64,000 bases of DNA from Myxococcales bacterium (GCA_020633465.1 JACKDN010000004.1:307828-371827), one strand, 5' to 3'. Positions 46,701 to 55,936 are shown, numbered from the stretch's first letter. Made by a program: numbers and translations. Notes: generated by a model not told the origin, from the letters alone.

Positions 46701-48273
46701 GGGCACGGGCGAGTGGGCCGATTTGACCGAGGGCCGGCAGGATCCCGCCGACGTCTTCGACCCCGACGATCCCGCCGACGTGGCCCACGCGCGCTTCGCG
46801 CTCGAGCAGGACGTCGACAACCTGCTGCAGGTGCGGGTGCTGGACGCCGCGGGCAACCCCAGCGAGCCCTCGGCGCTGGTCGTCGAAGAGACCAGCAGCT
46901 TCCTGGTGCCCACCGACCTGCGCATCAAGCAGCTGTGCAACGGGGGGCAGTACGCGATCCTGAAAGAGCAGACCGGCACGGTCACCAACTTCCGGCGTCC
47001 CACCTGCATGGAAGACCGCGTGTTCGTCGAGGACGCGCCCGAGCACGCCCTGCTCGACCTGCAGCGGGTGGCGCTGCGCACGCTGAGCCCCTCGCTGGAC
47101 CTCTCGGACCTGGCCGACGAGAACTGCGAGGCCACCGCGCTGAACTCGAGCATCCTCGACGCGACGTGCAGCCCCGAGGCCGGCGAGCCCGCGCTGCTCA
47201 TCGCGCGCCCGGACACGACGGCCATCAACTCGTGCCGCCTGTTCAACAGCCAGCCCTGCCAGGCCATCTCGCAGGCGTTCCCCGAGGAGGGCCTGCGCGG
47301 CGTGGTGCAGTTCGAGGTGATGCCCGACCCCATCCAGGCGCCCTTCGCCACCCTGAGCAGCCTGGCCCAGCTGCGCGACGCCAGCGGCGACCCCGCGTCC
47401 CTCAACCAGCTCGACGTGCTCGACTGGCTCGGCGATCCGGCCACCGGCGACCTCCGCTTCCGCGCGCTGGGCACCAACATCGAGCGGGTACACACGCGCA
47501 CCTGCTTCGTCGTCCCCGGCCAGCCCGCGCAGTGCAACGTGGGCACCAGCTGGCGCACCCGCGCGCTCCGCGTGTCGACCGTCGGCGGCTGCACCGCCGA
47601 GAACCAGGCGGGCGTGCACTGCACCATCCGGCCCGAGGACCCCTACGACCAGGTGTTCGGCGCGGGCAACTTCGCCATCCACGGCCTGTCCATCTACAAC
47701 ACCGGCTCGCAGTACCTGCGGTACGACACCGGCGCCGACGCCTGGCAGGTCGCCTACACCACGGCCGCCGGCGACGAGGGGGTGCTGGTGGAGGACCTCG
47801 CCCCCGGCCTCACCGACCCGGCCGACGACCCCTTCCGCAACCGCGTCGCGCCGGCCCACTTCTTCCACGTCAACTCGGGCACGCCCCCCGAGGCGCGCGG
47901 CAACTACCTGTATTTGCACAGCAACGGCCAGGTGCGCGCGCGCCGACCGCTGACCTCGGCCGAGCAGATCCTCGCGACGGGCGGCCCGACGGCCCAGGGA
48001 CGCACGGCGGCGTTCTTCGAGGTGAGCGAGGACGTCGCCTGGTGGATCAGCGCCGACGATCCGCGGGTGATCTTCCAGTCCCCGACCTACGGCCAGAACC
48101 CGGTTCGGCTGCGCTACGCGGTCGACACCACCCAGCCCGTGCTGCCGGCGCTGGGTTCGCCGGGCGGGCTGGGCGATCCCTTCGTGCTGTACCACACGTC
48201 CGGCGTCACCCGCGGCGTCGTCATCGTCTACCGCGACGAGAACGACGAGGCCGCCGGCGCCTGCGCCCGCTGA
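40738..48273 (+). CDS. Giant surface lipoprotein (2511 aa): five N-terminal carboxypeptidase-regulatory-like beta-sandwich domains, about 20 tandem ~100-aa Ig-like repeats, and a C-terminal ~500-aa Cys-containing domain
   Basis: MAQRRSLPSFLMLLALGATAC is a lipoprotein signal, with GGAG upstream. Repeated motif is GxVxD..G.PL.GA.V.....T.T...G.F.L..G.Y.L. Long repeats share a D(R/T)xAP(T/P) boundary (for example LDRAAPT, LDTTPP, VDQTAPT, IDTTAPP). The long antisense ORFs are artefacts. Confidence 0.8.
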   Translation: MAQRRSLPSFLMLLALGATACSEVPASNPYDPEAPAEVQRKASLQGVVRGPDEAALVGAVVTITGPTDPDNNPLTTGEDGAFRFVDLVPGRYVMRVEHSGHEAREIDLGALGTGEAVSRDVTLDPLRADSVGQARLSGVALKQGELALADEAARDHSGITVEVEGAGLRTVTNRAGAFDLFLNPGRYTLVLTAPNHVRIVSDPIEVTAGATVTLDAPFELQSDPGAIVGVVRLEGRAEGGFGDVAVSLANTSLTTLTEPDGAFRLDGVAAGVYTLRAARDGFETQVVRGVVVESDPDVALEPIELLIARGTVEGAFGLAASPQAGGIAVELADTGFRALTNEAGAYRIDGVAEGEYTLRACLQGYEPDTRAVTVRGGETTVAPPADAPVALARQQIRLVDGGRATDTAFTVRFDALPAWVTAVKVEGDLDPAERRDFRPFDAEAGGLDVVLADGEGPRRLTVQARGDGCRLSDPLTTVVELDRSGPALVGLSFDAGALTARPDLTARLQVAGADAVRLTGDLEAVAGEAANVGAWLPASASVAVRLDGAEDGEKTVTLEARDAAGNASVPASVQATIVLDRAAPTDAALTIEDATPLTAPTVNLALRAVGATEMQVSNDPAFADAAWTPFASRLSGWTVAAPGADGEKTVYARFRDAAGNTTDAVSAAATLDRMGTLGGRVTLEGTDACDGVAVLIDGVAADASWDGCDFTAAAAVGLRGVRLERPGFEAATPGAFAVGPTDTAAVGALELRRARGSASGVVRLQGRAEGNHGGVLLTFQNVSDPVGAEALPDYGATTLPDGSFFAGDLWTGRYLVTASKDGFSVRDLGQVRVEAGRDTAVTAPDAPVVLTQQVGDFLIDGGAGFTRDREVELTLAFDNVVSFRVRVNGGAFSEPIDYAPDPDGRMRYPGLDLGVGEGAKQVEIETVDAQGTASGEPYFEASIVLDTLAPTNPALTVDGGAEYTNNALGRVVLRVGADDRNGIERVRLSAADDCQQDGPTVPFSPVVNHELAEPAVDGPKSVYACFVDPAGNVSASVRADIVLDTTPPAITGVQVIDHAGRACSEACAVNDARVLLQIGEAQAGDAAEIRLALEPDFVTGAWQPRLPGPVPLQLPQSDGPHTVYVKLRDAAGNASDAASLAMTLDRQAPPAPAADAPDYIGAPTLPVTLANTAQAVQVEVSWAADFSDADVLEPAARVDVPLPPGAAPGDHTLWVRYVDAASNRSAAVPLTTTFDTDPPVILGATLLGAGDDDVAYLASPLNVPLQVVCLDDRASQAELTLATVDRDGATDQRAASPLIGVDLPGGDGPATLTVRCADPAGNTSEPVVIDYHLDSVAPPAGQNSVTIEGGRSHVRQRSVTLELQTADDAQGSGVGAIAVANTALDCAGADYRAPVDALAWVLAAGEGGKTVAVCVRDRAGNTTPISDTIVLDSLPPAGDFTLDEGAYSASTRVTARVTRANPEATRMRLVQGVADCAGFLPAVLDDAGALYSADPQPVDLAGEGTWQVSLCLFDDAGNFTRVTRTVTVDQTAPTGNMDLDRDATYTTTRAVTVNLSTSPDVTQMKVVDVAGPGAAANCGGGGYGPVDLARAHTLPAGDGPKYVRVCLRDAAGNTAQLPAGDADGIILDATPPALRDPGTGANDGVLVEDGAAITRRSTLTVRLAADDATAGVVEFKLSEGDACTGGAWQQWAPDVGGAQSTAFAVAPGDNVERAVSVQFRDAAGNVSGCASDSIDVDTVPLVLTAFGLSGGAGDAPGYTRTPTVNITAIGHDGTGACARYEVARSNAFLGADTQTYAGCPVGPLTYTLPQAVPDGVQRLYARVVDAAGNTSGTLSATIELDRVDPTLTGINLDRGPGARPDGPKYTGLQDVAVQLVPPYAGGVRLRYALLENGAAACPAADVLPDEASVQPSLTVRFAGSGTKKVCVALVDAVGNASPVRSDTIIIDTTAPPAPNLPQRNLPGVNASCAYVEAQRADVADFWKFQVRAGTGEWADLTEGRQDPADVFDPDDPADVAHARFALEQDVDNLLQVRVLDAAGNPSEPSALVVEETSSFLVPTDLRIKQLCNGGQYAILKEQTGTVTNFRRPTCMEDRVFVEDAPEHALLDLQRVALRTLSPSLDLSDLADENCEATALNSSILDATCSPEAGEPALLIARPDTTAINSCRLFNSQPCQAISQAFPEEGLRGVVQFEVMPDPIQAPFATLSSLAQLRDASGDPASLNQLDVLDWLGDPATGDLRFRALGTNIERVHTRTCFVVPGQPAQCNVGTSWRTRALRVSTVGGCTAENQAGVHCTIRPEDPYDQVFGAGNFAIHGLSIYNTGSQYLRYDTGADAWQVAYTTAAGDEGVLVEDLAPGLTDPADDPFRNRVAPAHFFHVNSGTPPEARGNYLYLHSNGQVRARRPLTSAEQILATGGPTAQGRTAAFFEVSEDVAWWISADDPRVIFQSPTYGQNPVRLRYAVDTTQPVLPALGSPGGLGDPFVLYHTSGVTRGVVIVYRDENDEAAGACAR

Positions 48274-48274
48274 C

Positions 48275-48904
48275 TCAGCCCGCCGCGACCACCGCGGCCA
48301 GCCCGTCGGCGTCGTACACGGGCAGCGCACGGCCCGGACCCACCAGGCCGTCGGCGCGCAGGCCCCGCAGGGTACGCGAGACCGTCTCGTGGCGCACCCC
48401 CGCCAGGCGGGCGAGGACGCGCCCGGTCACCCGCACGCTGGCCGCGTCGAGCGCGAGGATGACGCGCGCCACCCGGGCGCGCGCGCTGGCGCCGATGGCG
48501 CTCAGATCGTCGGCCTTGACCCGGCTGGCCCCGGCCACGCCACGCGCCAGCGCCCAGGCCAGCGGGGCCGAGTCCCGCGCGGCGCGGTGCACGGCCTCGA
48601 AGGGTGCCACGCAGGTCCAGCCGGGCGTCAGCGCCCGCACACCGAGGGCGGCGGGCCGCCCGTCGATGACCTCGCCCCCGAGCAGCGTCCCAGGCACGCG
48701 CAGGCCCGCGAAGTGGGTCTCGCTCGCGCCCGCTTCGGCCAGCACGGCGCCCGCGCGCAGCACGTGCACCTCGGGCGCGCGCTCGCCGATGGCCAGCAGC
48801 ACATCGTGGGCGTCGAAGGGCTTCGGGACGAAGGGGCAGTCGGCCTGAACGGCCTCGAAAGGGCACCCGCCGCAGTCGGGGGCCTGGTCTCCGGGGTCGC
48901 GCAC
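48275..48904 (-). CDS. Crp/Fnr-family transcriptional regulator with an N-terminal Cys cluster
   Basis: The cNMP-binding fold is LAIGERAPEVHVLRAGAVLAEAG...LLGGEVIDGRPAALGVRALT. The C-terminal HTH is TGRVLARLAGVRHETVSRTLRGLRADGLV. The N-terminal Cys motif CGGCPFEAVQADCPF is FNR-like. The GTG has GGAGG 5 nt upstream. Confidence 0.7.
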   Translation of the reverse strand: MRDPGDQAPDCGGCPFEAVQADCPFVPKPFDAHDVLLAIGERAPEVHVLRAGAVLAEAGASETHFAGLRVPGTLLGGEVIDGRPAALGVRALTPGWTCVAPFEAVHRAARDSAPLAWALARGVAGASRVKADDLSAIGASARARVARVILALDAASVRVTGRVLARLAGVRHETVSRTLRGLRADGLVGPGRALPVYDADGLAAVVAAG

Positions 48905-49064
48905 GGGCACCTCCGGGGGTCTTGAAGGGCGAGCGTCACCGCCACGCCACGCGGCGGACGTTACGCCCTTGTCACGTCGATCGCCAGCGACGCCCCGCGC
49001 GACCGCGCCGTTGCAGGCCTCGCCGCGATCGCGGGCCCCGGCCACCTCGGCCCGCGACCCGCGT

Positions 49065-49679
49065 TCACGCCGGCGCCAACGCGAGCCCGAACGCCCGCCG
49101 CAGCTCGGCCTCGGCGTTGCGCGCCCGGCGGCTGACGGTCACGAGCGCGCAGAGCGCCGCGCGCGGCACGGCGCGGCACAGCACGACGCCGTTCGGCGCC
49201 TCGAACACCTCGACGCCCGCGGCGCGCACGGCCGCCGGATCGACGCCGACGAAGAAGTGCACCGACGCGCGCTTGCCGACCACGCTGTCGAGCGTCGGCG
49301 CCAGGTGCACGTGCGTGCGCGCAGCGGGCCGCAGGCCCTCGGCGGCGATGCCGTCGGCCGCGCGCAGGTAGCTGCCGTGCCACACGGGGCCCGGCCCCGC
49401 GTAGGCCCGCCACGTCGCCTCGAGCCCGTCGAGCGTGACCGGCATGCCGTCGAGCGAGTGCCCCTGGCAGCAGCGGACGCGCTCGCCCTCGAGCTGAAGT
49501 CTTCGTTTGGTGTTGCGGCGCACCGTCTCTTCCAGGGTCGGACGGTCGATGCGCAGCTCGGCCAGCACGGCGGCGACGGGCGCCCAGCCGGCGGCGTCCA
49601 TGGGCAGGCCGACCTCGCCGGCGCCGTGACGCAGGAGCCAGGACAGGCGGCGGCTGATACGGGTGATGTCGCGGGTCAT
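49065..49679 (-). CDS. kptA: RNA 2'-phosphotransferase (Tpt1/KptA family)
   Basis: It contains the RVRCCQGHS motif and a KptA-like segment HGSYLRAADGIAAEGLRP...VHLAPTLDSV. Confidence 0.75.
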   Translation of the reverse strand: MTRDITRISRRLSWLLRHGAGEVGLPMDAAGWAPVAAVLAELRIDRPTLEETVRRNTKRRLQLEGERVRCCQGHSLDGMPVTLDGLEATWRAYAGPGPVWHGSYLRAADGIAAEGLRPAARTHVHLAPTLDSVVGKRASVHFFVGVDPAAVRAAGVEVFEAPNGVVLCRAVPRAALCALVTVSRRARNAEAELRRAFGLALAPA

Positions 49680-49784
49680 CGGAGCACCTCCAGGTGGTTG
49701 ACGAGGGCCAGGCTAGCCACCAGCGAGACTCACCGGAAGTTGCTCTTCGCGATACACCATCACGAATCGTGATACTCGTGCTTC

Positions 49785-50669
49785 ATGGTCGATCCCGCCG
49801 CCGCGCCGCCCGGTCTGGACCCTACCTGCCTGGCGGCGTTCGTCGCCTTCGCCGAGCACCTGAACTTCACCCGCGCCGCGGCCGCGCTGCACCTGTCGCA
49901 GCCCGCGGTGCACGGCCAGGTGACCCGGCTGACCGACCAGGTGGGCGCGGCGTTGTACCGGCGGCAGGGGCGGCGCCTGGTGCTGACCGACGCGGGGCAG
50001 GCGGTCCTGGCGTTCGCGCGCGATCAGGCGGCGCGCACCGGCCGGCTGCTGGCGGATCTGCGCGGGGCGCGGGACACCGCGCCGACGGTCCTCGCGGCCG
50101 GCGAAGGCTCGTACCTCTTCCTGCTGGGCGGCGCGCTGGGGGCGGCCCACGACGCCGGCCTGCGCCTGCGCCTGTTGGTGCGCGACGCCGCGGGCGCCCT
50201 GGAGGCGGTGCGCACGGCCGAGGCCGACGTGGCGGTCGCGCCCGTGGCCGCGCCGCCGCCCGATCTCGAGGCCGTCGCGCGCTGGCACGTCGGGCAGCAC
50301 GTCGCCCTGCCCACCGCGCACCCCTTGGCCCGGCGCGCCGCCCTGACGCCGGCCGACCTGGCCGGCGAGGCGCTGGTGGTGGGCCCGCCGGGCGGGCCCC
50401 ACCGGGCGGCGCTCGAGGCCGCGCTCGACGGCGTGCCCTGGCGCGTCGCCGTCGAGGCGACCGGCTGGCCGCTGACGCTGCGCTTCGTCGCCCTCGGCGT
50501 CGGCCTCGCCGTCGTCAACGACTGCTGCCCCGCGCCCCCCGGCTGCACGGCCGTCCCCTTCCCCGCGCTGGCCCGGCGCACCTTCTTCCTGCTGCGCCGA
50601 CCCGACCCCGACCCGCCCCCCGGCGCCGCCGCCCTGTGGCACCTGCTCGGCGCCCGCGCGCGATCTTGA
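49785..50669 (+). CDS. LysR-family transcriptional regulator
   Basis: The N-terminal HTH is LAAFVAFAEHLNFTRAAAALHLSQPAVHGQVTRLTDQVGAALYRRQGRRLVLTDAG. A LysR substrate-binding region follows. It is divergent from kptA. Confidence 0.8.
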   Translation: MVDPAAAPPGLDPTCLAAFVAFAEHLNFTRAAAALHLSQPAVHGQVTRLTDQVGAALYRRQGRRLVLTDAGQAVLAFARDQAARTGRLLADLRGARDTAPTVLAAGEGSYLFLLGGALGAAHDAGLRLRLLVRDAAGALEAVRTAEADVAVAPVAAPPPDLEAVARWHVGQHVALPTAHPLARRAALTPADLAGEALVVGPPGGPHRAALEAALDGVPWRVAVEATGWPLTLRFVALGVGLAVVNDCCPAPPGCTAVPFPALARRTFFLLRRPDPDPPPGAAALWHLLGARARS

Positions 50670-50700
50670 CGGGGCCGCGCCGCCGTTGTGTGGTGGGCCG

Positions 50701-52656
50701 ATGGCACGCGCCCGGCACGAGCTGACGGTCCGCCTCGCGCGCGACGGGGACGCGCTGCACGCCGTCTATCACCGCCCCACCTACGGCCCCGTCGCCGAGC
50801 GCCGCGCGCCCTGGACCCTGGGCGCGGACGTCCTGCGCGTGGCCAGCGCGGCGGGCCTCGACGCCCTGGGCGCGCTGCTCGACCGGGGCCACGCCGCCGA
50901 GCTGGTCGAGCACCTGACCGAGGGCGATCTCAGCCGGGTGGGCGACCTGCTGTTCGACGCGCTGCTGGGGGATCGCGAGGACTGGGAGCCCGTGCTGCGC
51001 GGCGTGTTCGAGCTGGGCCCCGCCGGCCGCCCCAACCCCATCTACGGCCCGGTGCGCCTGCGCGTGTGCGCCGACGACGGCCTGCTGGGCGGCCTGCCCT
51101 GGCGGCTGACCACGTGGCGCGGCCAGCTCTTGTGCGATCACGGCTGGACCTTCGAGGCCACCGCGCTGCCCGAGCCCTCGCGCCACGTCGACCTGCCGAC
51201 GCCGGCCAAGGTGCTGGTGCTGGCGCCGGCCTGCGCCGGCGCCGAGGATCTCGAGACCGAGGCCCACCTGGCCGCGCTGCGCGAGGCGCTGCTGCGGGTG
51301 TCGCCGCACTACACCAGCGCCGCGTTCCTGCGCGTGGAGCAGACGCGCGACGGCCTGCTGCGCGGCCTGCGCGGCATGCACCCGCACGTGCTGTACTACT
51401 ACGGCCACGCCGACGTGCGCGGCGAGCAGGCCTGCCTGCTGCTGGGCGGCCCGGACGATCGCCCCGATCCGCTGCGCATGGGCGATCTGCGCCGCATCCT
51501 GGCCGCGAACCCGCCGCTGGTCGCCTGCCTCAACGGGTGCAAGACGGCGGCGAGCGGCTGGCACGCCGCGGGCCACCAGCTCGGCACCGACGTGCCGCTG
51601 GTGCTGGCCAACCGGACGACCGCGTGGTCGGCGCACGCCGGCACCGCCGCCATCCAGTGGCTGGCGCGCACGCTGGGCGAGGGCGAGGATCCGGTCGTCG
51701 CGCTGTGCCGCCTGCCCGCCAACGCCTGCACGCGCGGCTTCCAGTGGGCGACGATGGTGGCGCACACGCACTACCGAAGCTGGTCGGCGGGGCGCGATCC
51801 CACCGCGGTGCGGCCGCCGGTGGTCGGCCTGCGGCTCGACCGCGATCAGCAGCGCGCGCTGCTGTTCAAGCACGTCAGCGACCTGGTGCAGAGCCGGGCG
51901 CGCCGCGTCGAGGCCGCCGTCGCGTTCGCCGCGCCGGGCAACCACGTCGAGCGCTTCTACGCCCAGCTGATCGACTACCTCGAGATCGTCGCGACGCACC
52001 TGGCGCACGTGAAGCGTGTGGTGGTGCGGTTCCCCGAGGATCGCGACGATCTCGAGCGGCGGCTCGAGGACGAGCTGCGCGTGCAGCTCGACGTGCAGCC
52101 GCACGAGACGCTCGAGCAGGCGCTGCGCTTCCACGCGCCGCGCCCCGATCCCGGCGGCGCGGCGCCCCTGCTGTGGCTCGACTGGGGCACCTTCGGCGGC
52201 GACTTCCAGCCCTCGCTGACGCCCGAGCAGCTCACCGCCTGGGTGGGCTTCTGCGCCGACACGCTGACCCGGCACTGCCCGGCCGAGGTGCGCGTGGTGT
52301 CGTTCCTGGCGATGGAGGTCGACGCCCGCCACCACGGCCGGCTGACCCGCGCCATGGACGCCCTGCGCGAGCAGTTCTTCCGCGAGGCCTTCCGCTGCAG
52401 CCTGATCCCGGCGCTGCCCGATCTGAAGCTGATCGATCTGATGGAGTTCCTCGGCGACCCCACCAACACCACCTGCCCCGCGGCCATCGCGGGCGAGGTG
52501 GCGCGGCTGATGTTCGAAGAGGCGCGCGGCCACTACGCCGAGACCATCGCGCTCGTCGAGGAGGCCGAGGAGACGACGTGGACGCGCCTGCTGGGCCGCC
52601 TGCGTTCGCTGCACCAGCCCACGCCGCCCCCCGCGGACGGCGACGAGCCCTTCTGA
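50701..52656 (+). CDS. CHAT-domain (caspase-like His-Cys peptidase) protein with a ~300-aa C-terminal domain of unknown function, possibly a VMAP-type effector
   Basis: The putative catalytic His is in [22 protein letters not shown]. The putative catalytic Cys is in [17 protein letters not shown]. Their ~55-aa spacing and the VLVLAPA strand context fit the CHAT/caspase fold. The gene is followed 13 nt later by a MoxR ATPase. Confidence 0.55.
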   Translation: MARARHELTVRLARDGDALHAVYHRPTYGPVAERRAPWTLGADVLRVASAAGLDALGALLDRGHAAELVEHLTEGDLSRVGDLLFDALLGDREDWEPVLRGVFELGPAGRPNPIYGPVRLRVCADDGLLGGLPWRLTTWRGQLLCDHGWTFEATALPEPSRHVDLPTPAKVLVLAPACAGAEDLETEAHLAALREALLRVSPHYTSAAFLRVEQTRDGLLRGLRGMHPHVLYYYGHADVRGEQACLLLGGPDDRPDPLRMGDLRRILAANPPLVACLNGCKTAASGWHAAGHQLGTDVPLVLANRTTAWSAHAGTAAIQWLARTLGEGEDPVVALCRLPANACTRGFQWATMVAHTHYRSWSAGRDPTAVRPPVVGLRLDRDQQRALLFKHVSDLVQSRARRVEAAVAFAAPGNHVERFYAQLIDYLEIVATHLAHVKRVVVRFPEDRDDLERRLEDELRVQLDVQPHETLEQALRFHAPRPDPGGAAPLLWLDWGTFGGDFQPSLTPEQLTAWVGFCADTLTRHCPAEVRVVSFLAMEVDARHHGRLTRAMDALREQFFREAFRCSLIPALPDLKLIDLMEFLGDPTNTTCPAAIAGEVARLMFEEARGHYAETIALVEEAEETTWTRLLGRLRSLHQPTPPPADGDEPF

Positions 52657-52669
52657 CGCCGAGGCACCG

Positions 52670-53596
52670 ATGAACGCACCGAAGCCCGCGCCCTTCGACC
52701 TGCTCGACCCCAGCGAGCGCCGGCCGGATCGCCGCGCGCTGCTCGACGCGCAGGTGCCGCCGCCGACGCTGGGTGATCACACCGCGGCCGCCGCGCAGTT
52801 CCAGCCCGGCGAGGACCTGGTCGCGGCGATCAACGTCGCCCTGGCGGTGGGCGCGCCGCTGCTGCTGACCGGCGAGCCGGGCACGGGCAAGACGCAGGTG
52901 GCGCATTACGTGGCGTGGTACTTCGAGGTGCCGCTGTTCTCGCTGCACGTGCGCTCGTCGACCACGGCCAGCGATCTGCTGTACCGCTTCGACACCGTCG
53001 CCTACTTCCACGCGGCCTACGCCTCGGGCGGCGACGCGAAGCTGAGCAAGGCCGACTTCGTCGACCGCGGGCCCCTGTGGCACGCCTTCGAGGCGCCGCA
53101 CCGGCCGGTGGTGCTGGTCGACGAGATCGACAAGGCGCCGCGCGACTTCCCCAATGATCTCCTGCATGTACTGGATCAGCACCGCTTCGTCGTGGCCGAG
53201 ACCGGCGCCGAGGTGCGGCTGAAGGCGGACGCGCCGCCGCCCCTGGTGGTGATCACCAGCAACAGCGAGCGGCGGCTGCCCGAGCCCTTCCTGCGGCGCT
53301 GCATCTTCCACCACATCGAGTTCACGCCGGCCCTGCTCGAGAAGGCCGTCGCCGCGCGCGCCGCCGACTTCCCGCACCTGGATCCGGCCGCGCGGCAGGT
53401 GGCGATGGAGCGCTTCCTCGAGCTGCGCGGCCGCCGCCTGCGCAAGAAGCCCGCGACCGCCGAGCTGTTGGTGTGGCTGACCATCCTGTCCGCCAAGGGC
53501 GGCGTCGACGCCGCGACCCTGCGCGACGCGCCCCTGCGCGCCCTGCCGGCGCTGTCGGCGCTGGTGAAGGATCGCGACGACCTGGCGGATCTGTAG
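52670..53596 (+). CDS. MoxR-family AAA+ ATPase
   Basis: Walker A is [15 protein letters not shown] and Walker B is [14 protein letters not shown] sensor region is [18 protein letters not shown]. It is a MoxR/RavA-like single AAA+ protein of 308 aa. Confidence 0.8.
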   Translation: MNAPKPAPFDLLDPSERRPDRRALLDAQVPPPTLGDHTAAAAQFQPGEDLVAAINVALAVGAPLLLTGEPGTGKTQVAHYVAWYFEVPLFSLHVRSSTTASDLLYRFDTVAYFHAAYASGGDAKLSKADFVDRGPLWHAFEAPHRPVVLVDEIDKAPRDFPNDLLHVLDQHRFVVAETGAEVRLKADAPPPLVVITSNSERRLPEPFLRRCIFHHIEFTPALLEKAVAARAADFPHLDPAARQVAMERFLELRGRRLRKKPATAELLVWLTILSAKGGVDAATLRDAPLRALPALSALVKDRDDLADL

Positions 53597-53791
53597 GGGC
53601 GCGGCGTGCAGCCAAGCCACGACGAGCACACGGCCGCGACGGCCCGCGCGGCGATGCCACCCAACCGGGCGGCGTCCGTGGGGACCCGGCGAGCGCGGGC
53701 CCCGAGACGACCGGCGCGGGACCCGAGCACAGCCAGGCGACGGCGCGGGCCGGGTAGCGCCCGGCGGCCGCGGCCGAGGCAGCTTTAGGCC

Positions 53792-55936
53792 GTGCTGCGC
53801 ACCACCCCGCTGCGCATCGCGCCCAGCCCGGCGCGGGCGCTCGACCTCGAGCCGCTGCTGACGGCGCTGCGGCACGCGGGCGTGGCGGTGGGCGTGGACG
53901 ACGTGCTGCGGCTGCGGCGGGTGTTCGCGCTCGAGCCGGCGCTCGACGCCGAGGGGCTGCGCCGGGTGATCGCGGCGGTGCTGGTGAAGGGGGCGTCGGG
54001 CGAGCGGGCCACGTTCGACCGGGTGTTCGACGCGTGGTTCGAGCGCGCCGACGGCGCCGCGCAGGCGCTGGACCGCGTGGAGTCGCTTCCGGTGAACCGT
54101 CGGCTGCCGCCGTCCGACTCGGTCACCCTCAGCGAGACGCCGCCCGCCGGTGGGCGCGCGCGATCGGCCGCGTGGAGCCTGCTGGTGATGGCGGCCGCGG
54201 CGGGGCTGGCGTTGGTCGTCTGGCCGCCCGACACCGTCGACCGGTTCGGCGACGCCGACGCGCGCGACGTCGCGCTGCAAGGCGCCGACGCCGACGGCGC
54301 CCCGCCGACGGACGCGCTGACCGCGCTGCCCACGGCCGGCGAGGGCGGGGCCGAGGCGCCGCCGGCGGCGCCGAAGGACGGAGCGGTGGGCCCCGCGCAC
54401 ACGGCCAAGTCCAACGACGACCGGGGCGCCCGTCCGTCGGTCCGGCCGACGCCGCCGCCCCCGCCGCCGCCGGTCCGCTGGGGCCCTTTCGGGGTCGGCG
54501 TTCTCGCCCTCCTCGCCGCCGCCGGCCTGTGGCGCCGGCTGGGCGGTCGAACGTGGCTGCCCGATCCGGCGCCGCCGCCCACGCGCCCCGGCCCGTCGCG
54601 CGTGCCGGTACGCGCGCCCGAGGCCGGGCGCCAGCTGATCGACGCGGGCGACGAGGACGTGATGGTGTGGGGCGTCGGCCGCTTCGTCAGCGACGAGGAG
54701 ACCGACCGCCTGTCCGTTCGATCAACCATCGAGGCCACGGCCGACGCCGCCGGGCGCCCGGTGCTGCGCTACGAGCGCGCGCAGCGCCAGCGCGAGGTGT
54801 GGCTGTGGATCGACGAGGCCGTCGACGCGCCCGCGGTGCGGCGCCTGGTCGACGAGGTCGAGGGCGCGCTGGCCGAGGCCGGCCTGCCCGTCGAGCGCGC
54901 CACCTTCTGGGGCGTGCCCGAGCGCCTCACCCTGCCCGACGGCCGCGTCGTCGCGCCGGCCGAGCTGGACGAGCGGCGCGAGCACGCGGTGGTGGCGATC
55001 CTCACCGACGGCCGCCTGTTGGAGAAGCGCCTCGCCCTCGACGCCCACCGCGTGGGCGTGCGGGCGCTGCTGCGCACGCTGTCGAACTGGCCGCGCCTGA
55101 CCTTCGTGGACTTCGCCGAAGGCGCCCACAACCTGGCCGCGCACCTGACCCCGTGGGCGCTCAGCGTCTGCGCGCCCGAGGGCCTGCCGCCCTTCCTCGG
55201 CGACGCGACCGGCCGCCGCCCGGCCGACGACGTGCTCGAGGGCGCCGAGCGCGCCTGGGCCGCCGTCTGCGCCCTGCCCGGCCGCGCCGTCGACGAGGCC
55301 ACCGCCCTGCACCTGCGCCAGGCGCTCGACCTGGGCGCCAGCCCCTGGGCCCTCGCCCGCCTGCGCGCCGCCGCCCCCGGCCCCGGCGGCCGCCTCGCCT
55401 GGGGCGACGCCGATCGCGCGCGCCTGCTGCGCTGGCTGCGCGACGCCGAGGCCTGGGCTCCCGGCGCGTCGCCCTCACGACACAGCCTGCTGGCGCGCGC
55501 CCTCGACGCCTGGGACGCCGTCTACGCCGCCGAGGACGCGGCGCGCCGCGCCGACGAGCCCACGCCGCCGTGGGTGGACACCCCCGCCGAGCACCGCCTG
55601 CGCGCCGACCGCGCCCTGCTCGACCTGTGGCGCGACCCCGACGCCGCCGTCGAGACGCTGTACCGCGCCGCCGAGGGCCCAGCCGGCCCGGCCATCCGCC
55701 GCCACCTCGCCCGCTTCGCGCCCTGGGAGCACGGCGACCGCCCCGGCTGCGTCGCCCTGCCCTGGCGCCTCGCCGACCGCCCCCTCACCGTCCGCGTGAT
55801 GCTGCGCGCCCTCGACTTCGGCGCCGCCGCCGACCTGAAGCTGAAGGCCACCCTCGCCCGCCCCGGCCGCCTCGGCCTCGCCCTCGGCCTCTGCCTCGGC
55901 ACCGCCGTCGGCGCCTTCGCCGCCGCCTTCGCCTGA
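53792..55936 (+). CDS. Membrane protein with a degenerate vWA-like domain (three predicted TM segments, one at the extreme C-terminus); a likely partner of the MoxR ATPase
   Basis: TM segments are AAWSLLVMAAAAGLALVVW, WGPFGVGVLALLAAAGLW and LGLALGLCLGTAVGAFAAAFA. The vWA-like core is VWLWIDEAVDAPAV...HAVVAILTDGRLL. The usual DxSxS is replaced by DEAVD, and the LTDG motif is retained. Confidence 0.5.
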   Translation: MLRTTPLRIAPSPARALDLEPLLTALRHAGVAVGVDDVLRLRRVFALEPALDAEGLRRVIAAVLVKGASGERATFDRVFDAWFERADGAAQALDRVESLPVNRRLPPSDSVTLSETPPAGGRARSAAWSLLVMAAAAGLALVVWPPDTVDRFGDADARDVALQGADADGAPPTDALTALPTAGEGGAEAPPAAPKDGAVGPAHTAKSNDDRGARPSVRPTPPPPPPPVRWGPFGVGVLALLAAAGLWRRLGGRTWLPDPAPPPTRPGPSRVPVRAPEAGRQLIDAGDEDVMVWGVGRFVSDEETDRLSVRSTIEATADAAGRPVLRYERAQRQREVWLWIDEAVDAPAVRRLVDEVEGALAEAGLPVERATFWGVPERLTLPDGRVVAPAELDERREHAVVAILTDGRLLEKRLALDAHRVGVRALLRTLSNWPRLTFVDFAEGAHNLAAHLTPWALSVCAPEGLPPFLGDATGRRPADDVLEGAERAWAAVCALPGRAVDEATALHLRQALDLGASPWALARLRAAAPGPGGRLAWGDADRARLLRWLRDAEAWAPGASPSRHSLLARALDAWDAVYAAEDAARRADEPTPPWVDTPAEHRLRADRALLDLWRDPDAAVETLYRAAEGPAGPAIRRHLARFAPWEHGDRPGCVALPWRLADRPLTVRVMLRALDFGAAADLKLKATLARPGRLGLALGLCLGTAVGAFAAAFA

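Noticed and set aside
40705-48330. Long - strand ORFs (1363 aa and 973 aa)
   Set aside because: They lie antisense to the 2511-aa lipoprotein gene, whose repeat and domain structure is coherent. The composition is artefactual.
53606-53788. 60-aa ORF in the MoxR to vWA-like gene gap
   Set aside because: It is Arg/Pro/Ala-rich and low-complexity with no ribosome-binding site. It is most likely a non-coding intergenic region or the 5' UTR of the downstream gene.
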